From Candidatus Latescibacterota bacterium (lineage in GTDB: Bacteria; Latescibacterota; UBA2968; GCA-2709665), in contig OZ244744.1 in assembly GCA_965219455.1 (NCBI GenBank), forward strand, positions 576,001-640,000: a stretch of DNA of 64,000 nucleotides. The letters are read 5' to 3'. The position numbers and the translations under genes were made by a program. Positions 20,543 to 30,960 of this stretch are shown piece after piece; position 1 is the stretch's first letter, and the number at the start of each line of letters is the position of its first letter. The notes below the pieces were generated by a model. That model made no database searches. It had not been told where the DNA came from and saw nothing but the letters and a program-made list of their open reading frames with translations.

Positions 20543-21691
20543 ATGCCCATCGACCCCCAACCCTCGTGGCGTGATGGTATACGCAGCCTCCATCCGGATG
20601 AATTCGGGAGTCTGTGCGAACTGGTCGGCACCGTGTTCCGGCCCGGCCTGGCGGAGGAATACCCGCACTTTTACACGCCGGCGCACGCCGGGGAAATGCG
20701 GGTGGTGGTGGTGGATGGGCGGGTCGTGTCGCACATTGGTGCGCTGCGGCGGAACGCGTCCATATTCGGATGCACGGCGCGCGCGTCGTCTCTGGGCGGG
20801 GTGGCCACGTACGAAGAACACCGCGGCAGCGGCTACGCGACCGCCCTGTTCGAGGACACGATGCGGGTCTGCAGGGAGGACGGGGTGGACTTCATGCTGG
20901 TATCCGGGTATCGCAAGATGTACCACCGGTTCGGGTGCCGCTACGTCGGGCGCGACTGGAACTTCTCGCTCACGGCGGAACGAGCCGGAGATTTCGACGA
21001 CGACGGCGTGGAACTCATCGAGGCCTCCCCGGACGACGTGCCCGAGATGGCTTCGGTCTACCGGGGGGAGCCCGTGCGGTGGATACGGCCCCCTTCCGAC
21101 TACGCCCATGCCTTCAACGGCTTTGTCATGAACCGCCCGGCGCTGGTGTTCAAAGTGTGTGAAGCCGGGATGATGCGGGGATACATGATCGTGCAGCAGC
21201 CCAGCGACGGCGACGACAGGATACCGGTGCAGGAGGCCGCGGGAGACCGGCGGTGTCTGACTGGCGCCCTGGGCAAGCTGATCCGGACGCTGGGCCTCCG
21301 GGCGCTCAGCCTCCACGTAATGGGCTGCGATCGGTGGTTTCAGGATTGCCTTCAGGCCAGAGGACTGACCGGTGCGCCGGCCAATTCGTCCGGGACGGTC
21401 ACGCTGATCAATTTCGTCCAGTTCATGGAGCGGATGCGGCCCTATTTCGCGGAGGTGGTGGGAGAGACGGAGGCCCGGAGCCTGGTCTTTCAGGAGCAGG
21501 GAGATGAAATGATCTTCAACTATGGTGGCGACCGCGTGGTGGCGCCCGACCAGGGGGCGGCGGTGCAGTTGATTTTCGGTACGCTGGATAGGGCCGAAGA
21601 GGCGCTGCTGAAATCCGGAGGCCGGGCAGGCGAGGTTCTGGCGGAGGTGTTTCCGATTCCGGCCCTGTGGTACGGCGTGAACTATCTATAA
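20543..21691 (+). CDS. GNAT acetyltransferase (Eis-like)
   Basis: LGGVATYEEHRGSGYA and YHRFG motifs. Confidence 0.8.
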   Translation: MPIDPQPSWRDGIRSLHPDEFGSLCELVGTVFRPGLAEEYPHFYTPAHAGEMRVVVVDGRVVSHIGALRRNASIFGCTARASSLGGVATYEEHRGSGYATALFEDTMRVCREDGVDFMLVSGYRKMYHRFGCRYVGRDWNFSLTAERAGDFDDDGVELIEASPDDVPEMASVYRGEPVRWIRPPSDYAHAFNGFVMNRPALVFKVCEAGMMRGYMIVQQPSDGDDRIPVQEAAGDRRCLTGALGKLIRTLGLRALSLHVMGCDRWFQDCLQARGLTGAPANSSGTVTLINFVQFMERMRPYFAEVVGETEARSLVFQEQGDEMIFNYGGDRVVAPDQGAAVQLIFGTLDRAEEALLKSGGRAGEVLAEVFPIPALWYGVNYL

Positions 21692-21836
21692 CTGCATTGG
21701 CTGCAGCACGCCACGGGCGCAGTTCGCGATCATTCCCGGCCCCGGTCGAGCAGGACCGGGGCTCTTTGCATGGTGCAATTCCGGGTTCGCGAAGATGTCG
21801 AGTCGTCCTGGTCGGGGACGGCCGGGATGCCGAAGC

Positions 21837-22646
21837 TCAACTGGCGGCGAGGGTCGGCCGCTGGGTGCGGTACGGCGGTTCCAGCACGGCGCGCTGTTGA
21901 GGCGTGAATTCCTCCAGAACCTCCTCAACGCCCTGCGGCACGTGGACTCTAGAATAGGTCAGCGGTCCCGGCGCGTACTTGTACAGAATGGAACGACGCT
22001 GGTGTTCGGCCGCCCAGGGCATCGTGCCGTGCGTTAGGGCTTCGGTGAAAATAACGGCCGAGCCGGCCTTCGCTTCCACCTGCCGCACCACGCCGATGTT
22101 TCTATCCAGAAGGGCGACGCCCCGCGGGGTCGGGTAGTTGGATTTGTGGCTCCCTGGAATGCAGGCGAATCCCCCGTCTCCCGGGCCGCAGTCGGTAAGG
22201 ATCCAGGATACAACGCTAAGGCCGCAACGCATCTTGCCATTGTGAAACTGGTAGAAATGGGTCAGGTCATCCGTGGTGCCGCCGCCGTGAAGCACGTGTC
22301 CTTCGGTTCCCTTGCGCATCATGATTCCATAAAGGTGATCCAGGCGGAAACCCTCCCGCAGCAGTTCGTTGAGATACGGTACGATAACGGGATGAGCCAG
22401 GAGATCCCTGAAGGGTTGGCACCAGGGCTTCGGCCACGTCAGCATGTCGCCGAGATCGCCACGACCCTGCTCACCCTTAAGCGTCCTGGATTTACCCGAG
22501 AGGGATTGTTCTCCCGACCGTTCACGAATGCGGTCGACGTTCCGGTCTATGGCTTCGTTGCATGCGGCGACCTCTGCTGAGGAGAGGGCGTTCTCAACGA
22601 CGAGATAGCCATTGAGATCAAAAAAATATCTCTCTTCGTCGTCCAT
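21837..22646 (-). CDS. Phytanoyl-CoA dioxygenase family protein
   Basis: FDLNGYLVV, IPGSHK and EALTHG motifs. Confidence 0.85.
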   Translation of the reverse strand: MDDEERYFFDLNGYLVVENALSSAEVAACNEAIDRNVDRIRERSGEQSLSGKSRTLKGEQGRGDLGDMLTWPKPWCQPFRDLLAHPVIVPYLNELLREGFRLDHLYGIMMRKGTEGHVLHGGGTTDDLTHFYQFHNGKMRCGLSVVSWILTDCGPGDGGFACIPGSHKSNYPTPRGVALLDRNIGVVRQVEAKAGSAVIFTEALTHGTMPWAAEHQRRSILYKYAPGPLTYSRVHVPQGVEEVLEEFTPQQRAVLEPPYRTQRPTLAAS

Positions 22647-22793
22647 TGCGGTCTCCTTTTCCGGTTTGGAGGCAGAAATTCCACCACCCCCTGACGTCCC
22701 TTATTCCCATGCCCTTTTTCTTGTATCGCCCAAGAAATAGGTTGTCGAAGTGACCTGTCGAAACAGTCCTTTCTGAGCGAGCCCCCGTTCCGT

Positions 22794-23066
22794 TTATGTG
22801 CGAGATACGCCGAGAATGTCGTCCAGCTTCTCCGACACGTCTGCGGGGATGTCGACGCTCACGCCTTCGTCGTACTGGCGTCTCCAGTTCGTCAGGTGGG
22901 ACTCGCCGATGTGGACGGAGATCGGTTCGCCACCCGGCCACCGCGTGAATGCGAGGCGCTTCACCCTTCCGGCAATCAGCTCCTGCTGGATGCAATTCAG
23001 GATGCGCGCATCGGGGAGGTCGCACTGAAAACCCCGGAAGGCGACCTGTACCGGAGAAATGTCCAT
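22794..23066 (-). CDS. Hypothetical protein (90 aa)
   Basis: ATG ORF with host-like codon usage filling the gap. Confidence 0.5.
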   Translation of the reverse strand: MDISPVQVAFRGFQCDLPDARILNCIQQELIAGRVKRLAFTRWPGGEPISVHIGESHLTNWRRQYDEGVSVDIPADVSEKLDDILGVSRT

Positions 23067-23383
23067 GATTTCGGTTTCCGTTAGTGCGTCGGGTCGTAGA
23101 ATTCGCTGTCTGTTCGAACGACTTGCGGCAAAAGATAGCTATGTGTATGTGCGCATACAAGAAAATTGTGCGCGGTAAGCGGATGGCGCGCAATTCCGGA
23201 CCTGGGACGGGTCCCGCGCCGGCAGCGCGTGTTCCGGTTGACAGGCCGGAATGCGGAGGCGTATACTGGACACCGACGGAATCTCGGAAGAAATCCAGGG
23301 AACATCGCGGTACCGCATGGTTCCTGAAGGCGGACCCCCGCAGCGGGCGGTCCATCCATTAACCACGGCAAAAGGAGTACCCT

Positions 23384-24322
23384 ATGGTTCTTCTCGGCAG
23401 CGGTGAATACCAGTATGAGGAACGATCCGATTGGGCGCGTCTGCCCGACGGCTGGCGATTTAAAGAGGTGGTGGATATGGTGGTGGATTCAAACGACCGG
23501 GTGTACGTGTTCAACCGGGGAGAACATCCGGTCATCGTGTTCGACCGGGATGGGCAATTTCTGGCCTCCTGGGGCGAGGGCCTGTTCGTGCGCCCCCACG
23601 GCCTGACCCTGGGTCCAGACGGGAGGTTGTATTGCGTGGATGACCAGGGGCACTGTGTTCGTAAGTGCACCCTCGACGGCGAGGTGTTGATGGTCATCGG
23701 CACACCCGGGCGGGGCGCCCCGGCCCAGAGCGGACTGCCGTTCAACCAGCCCACCAAGGTGGCCTTCGATCCGGCGACGGGAGATCTCTTTGTCTCGGAC
23801 GGTTACGGCAACGCGCGGGTACACAAGTATACCGCCGACGGCGAACATCTGTTCTCGTGGGGAGACTACGGAACGGATCCCGGGCAGTTCAACCTGGTGC
23901 ACAGCGTCTGCACGGACAGCCACGGATCGGTCTATATCGCCGACCGGGAGAACCACCGCGTTCAGGTGTTCGACGCCCAGGGAAACTATCTCACACAGTG
24001 GAACAATCTTCACCGACCCTGTGGCCTGCATATTGACGACGACCTCGTCTACGTCGGACAACTCCCCACGCAACTCGACGTTAATGCGACCTATCCGAAC
24101 GTGGGCTCATGCGTGAGCATACATGATCTGACGGGCAGGCGCCTGGCCAGGCTGGGAGACCCACTGGCCGGCGAGGGTCCCGGCCAGTTCACGGCTCCGC
24201 ACGGGTTGGCCGTGGATTCGCGAGGGGACATCTACGTTGGAGAAGTGTCCTGGAGCGCGTTCGGTTCACAGCTGGATCCACCCAGAGAAATGCGCAGTTT
24301 CCGCAAACTGGTCCGCGTCTGA
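23384..24322 (+). CDS. NHL-repeat protein (PAL-like beta-propeller)
   Basis: SDGYGNARVHKY, ADRENHRVQVF and PHGLAVDS repeats; AAGGAG RBS. Confidence 0.88.
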   Translation: MVLLGSGEYQYEERSDWARLPDGWRFKEVVDMVVDSNDRVYVFNRGEHPVIVFDRDGQFLASWGEGLFVRPHGLTLGPDGRLYCVDDQGHCVRKCTLDGEVLMVIGTPGRGAPAQSGLPFNQPTKVAFDPATGDLFVSDGYGNARVHKYTADGEHLFSWGDYGTDPGQFNLVHSVCTDSHGSVYIADRENHRVQVFDAQGNYLTQWNNLHRPCGLHIDDDLVYVGQLPTQLDVNATYPNVGSCVSIHDLTGRRLARLGDPLAGEGPGQFTAPHGLAVDSRGDIYVGEVSWSAFGSQLDPPREMRSFRKLVRV

Positions 24323-24361
24323 CGCCAACTGCCGACACCCGAAGAGCGCATTGGCCCGCCC

Positions 24362-25600
24362 ATGCCGACCCTGATCAAATCGAAGCTACTCATCGCCGAC
24401 CCCGACGCACCACCCATACTTGGCGGTATCGTGATACTCGACGGCGAGCGCGTTCTGGGCGCGGGAGCGCCGTCGATCCTGAACGTGGATCCAACGTGGG
24501 AAACGCTGGACTGGTCTTCGTGGACGGTGATGCCGGCCCTGATAGACTCCCATGCCCACATTACGGCCAACAACCGCTTCCGCGTTCCGCTGAACGCCCA
24601 CTTCGAACTGGATCCGACAACCGCGGTCCTGCGTGGGGCGATGAACCTCAGGAGCGACCTGGCCACCGGGGTGACGACGATGCGGACACTTGGAGATCGT
24701 CCGGGCGTCGAAAAGCCGTTTCAGGAGGCGATCGAACGAAAAGAGACGGTGGGACCCCGGCTGAGGGTATGTGTACGGGCGCTGCGTCCGACGAAGGGCA
24801 CAGCGCCCTTTCTGTCTTTTCCGGCCGACGGCCATGCGGAACTGGACGTCCGGATCCGTGAGAACGCGTCGCAGGGTGCGGATTGGACGAAACTGTTTAT
24901 CACCAACGTGAGAGAAGGCGATACGTTCGCGGACTATCTCCGCGGAGACCTTACGGACGTGGCGGCCTACTCCCGAAAGGAGATCGAGGCGGCCATCGGC
25001 GTCTCGCATAACCTGGGGATCCCGGTTGCCGCCCACGCGATCGGCGGGCCGGCCATGCGGTGGGCGATGGCGGCCGGGATCGACAGTATCGAACACGCCA
25101 ATCTGCTCGAGGCCGAGGACGTGGAAGGGTTCGTGAAGTCCGGCGCGTACCTGAGCGATCCCAATCTTCAACTGTTCTTCGACCGGGAGGTCGGATTCGA
25201 ATCCTTCGAGACCTGGCGCCTGGATTGGTGGCGGCGCCGCGTGGAGCGTGCAAGGGAACGCACGTCGCGCTACCTGCCGGAAGCCGTAGATGCCGGGGTG
25301 CAGGTCTGCCTGGGAACGGACAGCACCCACGCGACGTTGTGGCGGGAGGCCAGAGCGCTTGCGGACCTCGGCGTTTCAACCGCCGACGCGATCAGGGCCG
25401 TGACGACGAATACGGCCCGGATGCTGGGTATGTCGGATCGGCTGGGGCGGCTCGCGCCCGGCTACCTGGCGGACGTGATCGCCGTGGAAGGAAACCCCCT
25501 GGATGAAGTGGCGCATTTGCGGGAGGTCCGACGCGTGATGAAAGCCGGCGAACGAGTCGAGAACCTCCTGTCCGGTGCGAGTTCGGTGTTTACCGATTAG
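24362..25600 (+). CDS. Metal-dependent amidohydrolase
   Basis: DSHAH, AAHA, IEHA, GTD and GYLADVIAV motifs. Confidence 0.88.
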   Translation: MPTLIKSKLLIADPDAPPILGGIVILDGERVLGAGAPSILNVDPTWETLDWSSWTVMPALIDSHAHITANNRFRVPLNAHFELDPTTAVLRGAMNLRSDLATGVTTMRTLGDRPGVEKPFQEAIERKETVGPRLRVCVRALRPTKGTAPFLSFPADGHAELDVRIRENASQGADWTKLFITNVREGDTFADYLRGDLTDVAAYSRKEIEAAIGVSHNLGIPVAAHAIGGPAMRWAMAAGIDSIEHANLLEAEDVEGFVKSGAYLSDPNLQLFFDREVGFESFETWRLDWWRRRVERARERTSRYLPEAVDAGVQVCLGTDSTHATLWREARALADLGVSTADAIRAVTTNTARMLGMSDRLGRLAPGYLADVIAVEGNPLDEVAHLREVRRVMKAGERVENLLSGASSVFTD

Positions 25601-26119
25601 CGCTGTAAAGTGCGCATGGTCCGCGTATGCCGAGGTGGCCGGCTGAGGAAGCGCCGTAAAGGCCGCGCGTTGCTCCGCGGCTCTGAGATCCAGTTTCTTC
25701 TGATGGCGCAGGAACCGGTTCTTCTCGAACAAGCTCACCGCTTGTGCCGTGTCCATGGGTTCGCTCTCACGTCATTCAATCACAATCGAAGAATGCACGG
25801 TTCGAGATTTAACCAAAAGGGGCCGAATTCTTCGGAATTGTTTTATGAAAACCCGGTACTTGCATTCACCCTTCTATTGGAAGGATCTTTCCGTACGACC
25901 CTGCCGCTCTGAAAACCGTTTTCAGTGAGCGGCGTCGGAATGGACGGGAGAGGACGCGCGGAGCCCCGTAGAATGGGGCGCCGCTGTTTTTTGTCTTGTC
26001 GGAACGGTGTTTGCTTCATTCTATTGCCGGAAATCGGCTTGATTCGACGAAACACAAGACGGAACAGGATATTTAGGGAGACATTGTACAGTAAATCGGC
26101 GTCTCCACGCGGACAGCCA

Positions 26120-26277
26120 GGTGGTTCAAGAACCGCCCCTACGAGAGTTATGCATCCGCGAATTGACATCGCCACGCAGTATCGCTGTCCGCTGCATTCT
26201 TCTCCCGATATCGAGGGCTTCCAGCCCTCGAAGCGCCGTCACTGCACACGTAGGGGCGACTCTGAGAGTCGCCCATA
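26120..26277. repeat. REP-like palindromes of the GTAGGGGCG type
   Basis: GGTTCAAGAACCGCCCCTAC and GTAGGGGCGACTCTGAGAGTCGCCC. Confidence 0.6.
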
Positions 26278-26333
26278 TAGCGGCGTTGATATGGGCAAAT
26301 GACAACGCCAGGCCGTATTGCAAGCCGGTTCAA

Positions 26334-26364
26334 GCTGACAGCTGAACGCTGACTGCTGACAGCT
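26334..26364 (+). repeat. 7-bp tandem repeat (GCTGAnn)x4
   Basis: GCTGACA GCTGAAC GCTGACT GCTGACA GCT. Confidence 0.8.
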
Positions 26365-26405
26365 TGTTTTGGGCATCCGTCCACTTCAGTAAGGAAAACG
26401 AAAAT

Positions 26406-27095
26406 ATGCAAGCGGTGGCCCGGCGCAGGGGAATCGACGGTGTCGCGGATGTGGATCTGCCGCGGGAAAAACTGGAACGGCTTGGCGCCGAAGCGCTGAG
26501 GCACGAGGAATTGCTGGCGGTCCTTCTTCGGACGGGGTATGAAGGCAAGAATGTGCTGGAGGTTGCCGGGGAGATTCTGAAACAGCATTCACCGCAAGCG
26601 CTCATGGGGATGGGACTGGCGGAACTGACGGCTATCAAGGGCATTGGAAGGGCGAAGGCCGCGGGCCTTGTCGCCGGGTTCGAACTGTCAAGACGGGCAT
26701 TGAACCAGGGGATGGGCATCGAACCTTCCATCACGAAACCGTCCGACGCAGTGGGGCTGCTCGCGGAATTCAAGGATCGCAGAAGAGAGCATTTCGTTGC
26801 GGTCTTTCTGAATGCCCGGAATCAGGTCATCTGCAGAGAGGAGGTCTCGGTGGGATCGCTGAACGCGTCGCTGGTTCATCCTCGCGAGGTATTTTTTCCC
26901 GCCGTGGGCTCGTCCGCGGCCAGCGTCATCCTGGCGCACAACCACCCGTCGGGTGACGTGACGCCGAGCAGGGAGGACATTGAACTGACCCGCCGGATGG
27001 TGCAGGCCGGCGAGATAATGGGCATCGAGGTACTGGACCACATCATTCTGGGCGCGGAGCGGTTCCTGAGCATGAAGGAGGCGGAACTGTTCTGA
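26406..27095 (+). CDS. radC: RadC (JAB domain) protein
   Basis: PREKL, ELLAVLLRTG, HNHPSGD..PS.ED and LDHII motifs. Confidence 0.93.
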   Translation: MQAVARRRGIDGVADVDLPREKLERLGAEALRHEELLAVLLRTGYEGKNVLEVAGEILKQHSPQALMGMGLAELTAIKGIGRAKAAGLVAGFELSRRALNQGMGIEPSITKPSDAVGLLAEFKDRRREHFVAVFLNARNQVICREEVSVGSLNASLVHPREVFFPAVGSSAASVILAHNHPSGDVTPSREDIELTRRMVQAGEIMGIEVLDHIILGAERFLSMKEAELF

Positions 27096-27354
27096 CAAAA
27101 TGGAAACGGAAGCGTCGATACAGGGGTCGGAACGCAGCGTGGCCTGACCCCTGCCCGAAACCCGCGCCTTTATCCCGTCCAAGGGCCGCCGGATGCGGGG
27201 CGTGCCGGTCCGGACGCGCACGGCGGGATTGTGTTCTGTTTCGCATGACCGCACACCTTGCGTTATATTGTCACCGAAGGTACCGTGGTTCTTTCCGCAA
27301 GGTTTCCGTGCGGCGCGATGACCGATTGCCGCCACCCGGCCGGGGAGGTGTGTT

Positions 27355-28128
27355 TTGGCCGTGATCACACTGACAACGGATTTCGGGCTTCACGATGCGT
27401 ACGTGGCCGCGACGAAGGGGGCGATGCTCGCTGTCTCGCCGGATGTCTCGCTGGTGGACGTCTCCCATCAGATCCCTCCACAGGACGTGGCCTCGGGTGC
27501 CTATATCCTGTTCAGTGCATACCGCTATTTCCCGGCGGGAACCGTTCATCTTGCAGTCGTCGATCCGGGCGTGGGAAGCGCCCGCCGCGCGATTGCGGTG
27601 GAAACGCCGGATTACCGGTTTGTCGGACCCGACAACGGATTGTTCAGCGGGGTGTTCCAGCGAGAGCGGAAGTGGAATGTCGTTGAGATCAGGAATGCGG
27701 CGTTTTTCAGATCCACCGTGAGCCCCACCTTTCACGGCCGGGATATCTTCGGCCCGGTCGCAGCGCATCTTTGCAGCGGAGTCCCGGTGGCCAAACTGGG
27801 GCCACCGGTTACCGATCCGATTCGCCTGGATTTCTGGACGGTTCAGGAGCGCGACGATGTGGTTGAAGGGCGGATCGTACACGTCGATCGTTTCGGAAAT
27901 GCGATCAGCAATGTTGGCAGGCGGCGCGTGGGTGACGGCGAGGTCCGCGTCCGTGTCGGAGAAAACCTGTTTGAAGGTATCTGCCGCACGTACACAGACG
28001 TTCCTGAGGGCGAGGCGCTGGTGTTATACGGAAGCGAGGATACGCTGGAGATTGCGATAAACAGAGGCAACGCAGCGGGAAAATTGGGGTTACGGCGAGG
28101 CGATCGGGTAACCGTGGATCTCACATAA
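27355..28128 (+). CDS. SAM hydrolase / chlorinase-fluorinase family (DUF62)
   Basis: LTTDFG, VVDPGVG, GPDNG, TFHGRD and DRFGN motifs. Confidence 0.9.
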   Translation: MAVITLTTDFGLHDAYVAATKGAMLAVSPDVSLVDVSHQIPPQDVASGAYILFSAYRYFPAGTVHLAVVDPGVGSARRAIAVETPDYRFVGPDNGLFSGVFQRERKWNVVEIRNAAFFRSTVSPTFHGRDIFGPVAAHLCSGVPVAKLGPPVTDPIRLDFWTVQERDDVVEGRIVHVDRFGNAISNVGRRRVGDGEVRVRVGENLFEGICRTYTDVPEGEALVLYGSEDTLEIAINRGNAAGKLGLRRGDRVTVDLT

Positions 28129-28149
28129 CACTAAAAATCCGCATTTCTG

Positions 28150-28842
28150 TCAGGGCAGTAGTTCGAGCAGGTCCGACAGGCGGTTCAATTCGTGGTCCGG
28201 GCGTTCCTCGGGGGTTCGCGGGCGCTGGTTTTTTTGTCTGCCGAAACACAGGCGCGCGGTGCGCATTCCCAGGCGTTTGGACGCTGCGATTTCCGAATTC
28301 AGTTTGTCCCCGACCGAGAGAAACCGCGCGGGTGGAAGCCCGAGACTGCGAGCCGCCCGTCGTAGCGCCTGGTCTTTCAGGGGAACGCGTCGGTCGTCGT
28401 GAAAGAAAAGCGTGCCATCTTCCTGGTCAAAATAGGCGCATAGCCCGAGGCGGCGTATTTTCTGGCGCTGCCGCTCAGGGCGGCCGGTCGTCACAAGGCA
28501 GATCCGGTACTTCCTGGCCACGAGCTCATCCAGCGTCGGGAACGTGTCCGGAAAGGGCGTAATGTCTTCCACCTGGACCCGGTTGTAGGCCGAAAGCGCG
28601 CGTTCCACAACGTCGGCGGACAATTCGTGGCGGCGGGCGATTTCTCGAATGGAGTCGGAGGAACTGAATCGGTCAACCAGTTCCGCCTGCAGGTGATGCA
28701 GCACCGACGCGGTAGAATCCGGGAGGGCCTCCGCAAGTGTTTCAGCCGCACGGCGGCGCGCCGGTTCGGTCAACTGACCGGTGCAGTCGTACAGGGTGTC
28801 GTCCAGGTCGAAGATGACGGCTTCAATCCGGTGCCGAGCCAT
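28150..28842 (-). CDS. HAD-superfamily hydrolase
   Basis: FDLDDTL and VGD motifs. Confidence 0.85.
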   Translation of the reverse strand: MARHRIEAVIFDLDDTLYDCTGQLTEPARRRAAETLAEALPDSTASVLHHLQAELVDRFSSSDSIREIARRHELSADVVERALSAYNRVQVEDITPFPDTFPTLDELVARKYRICLVTTGRPERQRQKIRRLGLCAYFDQEDGTLFFHDDRRVPLKDQALRRAARSLGLPPARFLSVGDKLNSEIAASKRLGMRTARLCFGRQKNQRPRTPEERPDHELNRLSDLLELLP

Positions 28843-30799
28843 TGCCCAACTCCCCGTAGTCCGGCACTTCCAACCCGCAATAGATCCGGCATACGGCGTC
28901 TGCCACCCTGTCCGGATTGTGGCTGATAAAGTCTCCCGCACGGCGGCTCTTCACCTCAGACGTATAGTCCTCCAGAAGATCCGTAACCGTGCAGGTTACC
29001 AGACGACGGATCTCATCGGGATCGCACGACACGGGTTCTTTGCCATCGTTAAGGTAGGCATTCAACACCCGCCGCCATTCCCGGCCTCCGGGCCGGTGGA
29101 ATGCTTCCGGATCCTGCACAAGCATGTGGTCCAGGAAGCCGTTATGCCTTTCCTGGAAGTGGCGCAGGATGGCGCGGAGATGATCCGATGCGCTAAATCT
29201 GTCGGTCTGCCCCGGCTGGGTCACAATGTTGCAGACGTAGAAGGTCTTTCCGTGGTGACGGGCGCACAGGGCCCGCCTGATGTCCGGAACGAGCAGATTC
29301 GTAATCACGCTCGTGAACAGGCTGCCGGGGCCGAGCACGACAATGTCCGCGTCCGCGATGGCCTGCACGGCGCCACGCGGCGCACGGGCTTCGTTCCTGG
29401 CAGGGCAAAATTCCATTCCGGGCCTGCCGTGAACCTCGACCTGGCCCGTTTGGGAATCGTCTTTTCGATAGAGGGCGCCGTCCGAATGTTGCAATTCCCG
29501 AAGGATCTCGCTGTTGGCGACAAGGTACGCGTGTTTCAAAGGGGGTTTGCCGGTCTTGCGCACCATCCACTCTGTATACCGCTGTTCGCCATTCTCGAGT
29601 TCGGCGCAAATGTCCACGTTCTGGTTGGTGGCGGGAAAGACCTCCCCGCGTATACGCAGCATATCGCCGGCTGTCTGGATGGCTTTCTGGAAATCCCCGA
29701 GCTGCTGGGTTAACGCGGCGATCAGGAAGTTGCCAATATTGTCGTTTCGGAAGATCCCGGCTTCCCGCTCACTATCCGGAAACCTGTGTTGGAAAACCCG
29801 GGTGAGTCCATGGGAGACCCGCCGCCGATCGGCGAGCGCGGTGAGTGCGTTGCGGATGTCGCCGGGCGGTTGCACACCCAGATTCCAGCGTATGCGCCCC
29901 GATGACGCCCCGGTGTCGGTAACCGCCACCACGGCCGTGGGGCTGTCCGTATAGGTCTGGATGCCGCGCAACACGATGGGAAGCCCGGTGCCGCCGCCGA
30001 GCGCGGCCACTTTCAGCCGACGCCGGTCCTTGTCCATTCGGGCCAAATGGATCAGGGTTGACAACTGAGGGAGGAGCCGGATCTGGTGGGTTGGCCTGTC
30101 GCCCTCTCCGGGTTCTTCCTCGGCGTATCTTCCACGTCGCATCCAGACCGTTGTACATCCGAGACGGTTGCCCGCCCGGATCTCATCCTTAGCCCGGTCG
30201 CCCACGCAGACAACTTCCTCGGGAGAGAATTTATGGTCTTTGATGAGCTCGGCGAACCAGTAGTCGTGAGAAGGCGGACCCTGGTTGACAATTCTGTGGA
30301 AATAGGGCGCAATGTTCAGAAGGTCAATCTTGTTTTTCTGCCGTAGAGTTCTTCCGAATGTTACCAGAAAAAGCTGGCAGCCCGCGCCGCGAAGTTCCTG
30401 GAGGGTCAGGACCGCGCCTGGAAAAAGCTTAACATCTTCAACGGCCTCGCTGTTGTATACGTATTCGAGCTCCGCCACGAAGGCTTCGATGGAATCGGTG
30501 TCTTCCAGGCTTCGATGGTTGGGACGCTGTCTGTTGATATAGGCGGCGAGTCGATCGGGTTTGTCGCGCTGGAGGGCTTTTGCGATGTCGTAGAAGGCGA
30601 AATAATACGGAGACGAAGAATAATACGGCCCATGCCGCAGTTCCAGGTCGTTGATTCGGCTGAGGGCGTAGGATTCGGAGGCGAAAAATCCATGGACGTA
30701 CAGATGGCGGGCGACCCGTTTTCGGGCGGCCTGAACCAGTGGATCCAGATCGAAGAGCGTACCGTCCAGATCGAAAATGATCGCGCGGGTGTTTTTCAT
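28823..30799 (-). CDS. HAD hydrolase fused to YvcK/GlmR (CofD-like) domain
   Basis: N-terminal FDLDGTL...VGDR; C-terminal LGGGTG, SSG, PPGDIRN and GPGSLFTSV motifs. Confidence 0.85.
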   Translation of the reverse strand: MKNTRAIIFDLDGTLFDLDPLVQAARKRVARHLYVHGFFASESYALSRINDLELRHGPYYSSSPYYFAFYDIAKALQRDKPDRLAAYINRQRPNHRSLEDTDSIEAFVAELEYVYNSEAVEDVKLFPGAVLTLQELRGAGCQLFLVTFGRTLRQKNKIDLLNIAPYFHRIVNQGPPSHDYWFAELIKDHKFSPEEVVCVGDRAKDEIRAGNRLGCTTVWMRRGRYAEEEPGEGDRPTHQIRLLPQLSTLIHLARMDKDRRRLKVAALGGGTGLPIVLRGIQTYTDSPTAVVAVTDTGASSGRIRWNLGVQPPGDIRNALTALADRRRVSHGLTRVFQHRFPDSEREAGIFRNDNIGNFLIAALTQQLGDFQKAIQTAGDMLRIRGEVFPATNQNVDICAELENGEQRYTEWMVRKTGKPPLKHAYLVANSEILRELQHSDGALYRKDDSQTGQVEVHGRPGMEFCPARNEARAPRGAVQAIADADIVVLGPGSLFTSVITNLLVPDIRRALCARHHGKTFYVCNIVTQPGQTDRFSASDHLRAILRHFQERHNGFLDHMLVQDPEAFHRPGGREWRRVLNAYLNDGKEPVSCDPDEIRRLVTCTVTDLLEDYTSEVKSRRAGDFISHNPDRVADAVCRIYCGLEVPDYGELGNGSAPD

Positions 30800-30960
30800 G
30801 GATGTCGATTGGGAGGGGGCGTGGCCATGCAGATGGGGGGAGACGGAAACAGCGGGTTTCGCGGACCATCCACGGACGATCACGTCGAATGTGAGAATGT
30901 ATTGTTAACAGGCTGCTTATGCAAGGCATTTTTCATCATTCCAATGGTGGCGAGACGAAA

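Noticed and set aside
27355-28128. True fluorinase/chlorinase
   Set aside because: It has the TFHGRD motif of the widespread DUF62 SAM hydrolases and no biosynthetic cluster context.
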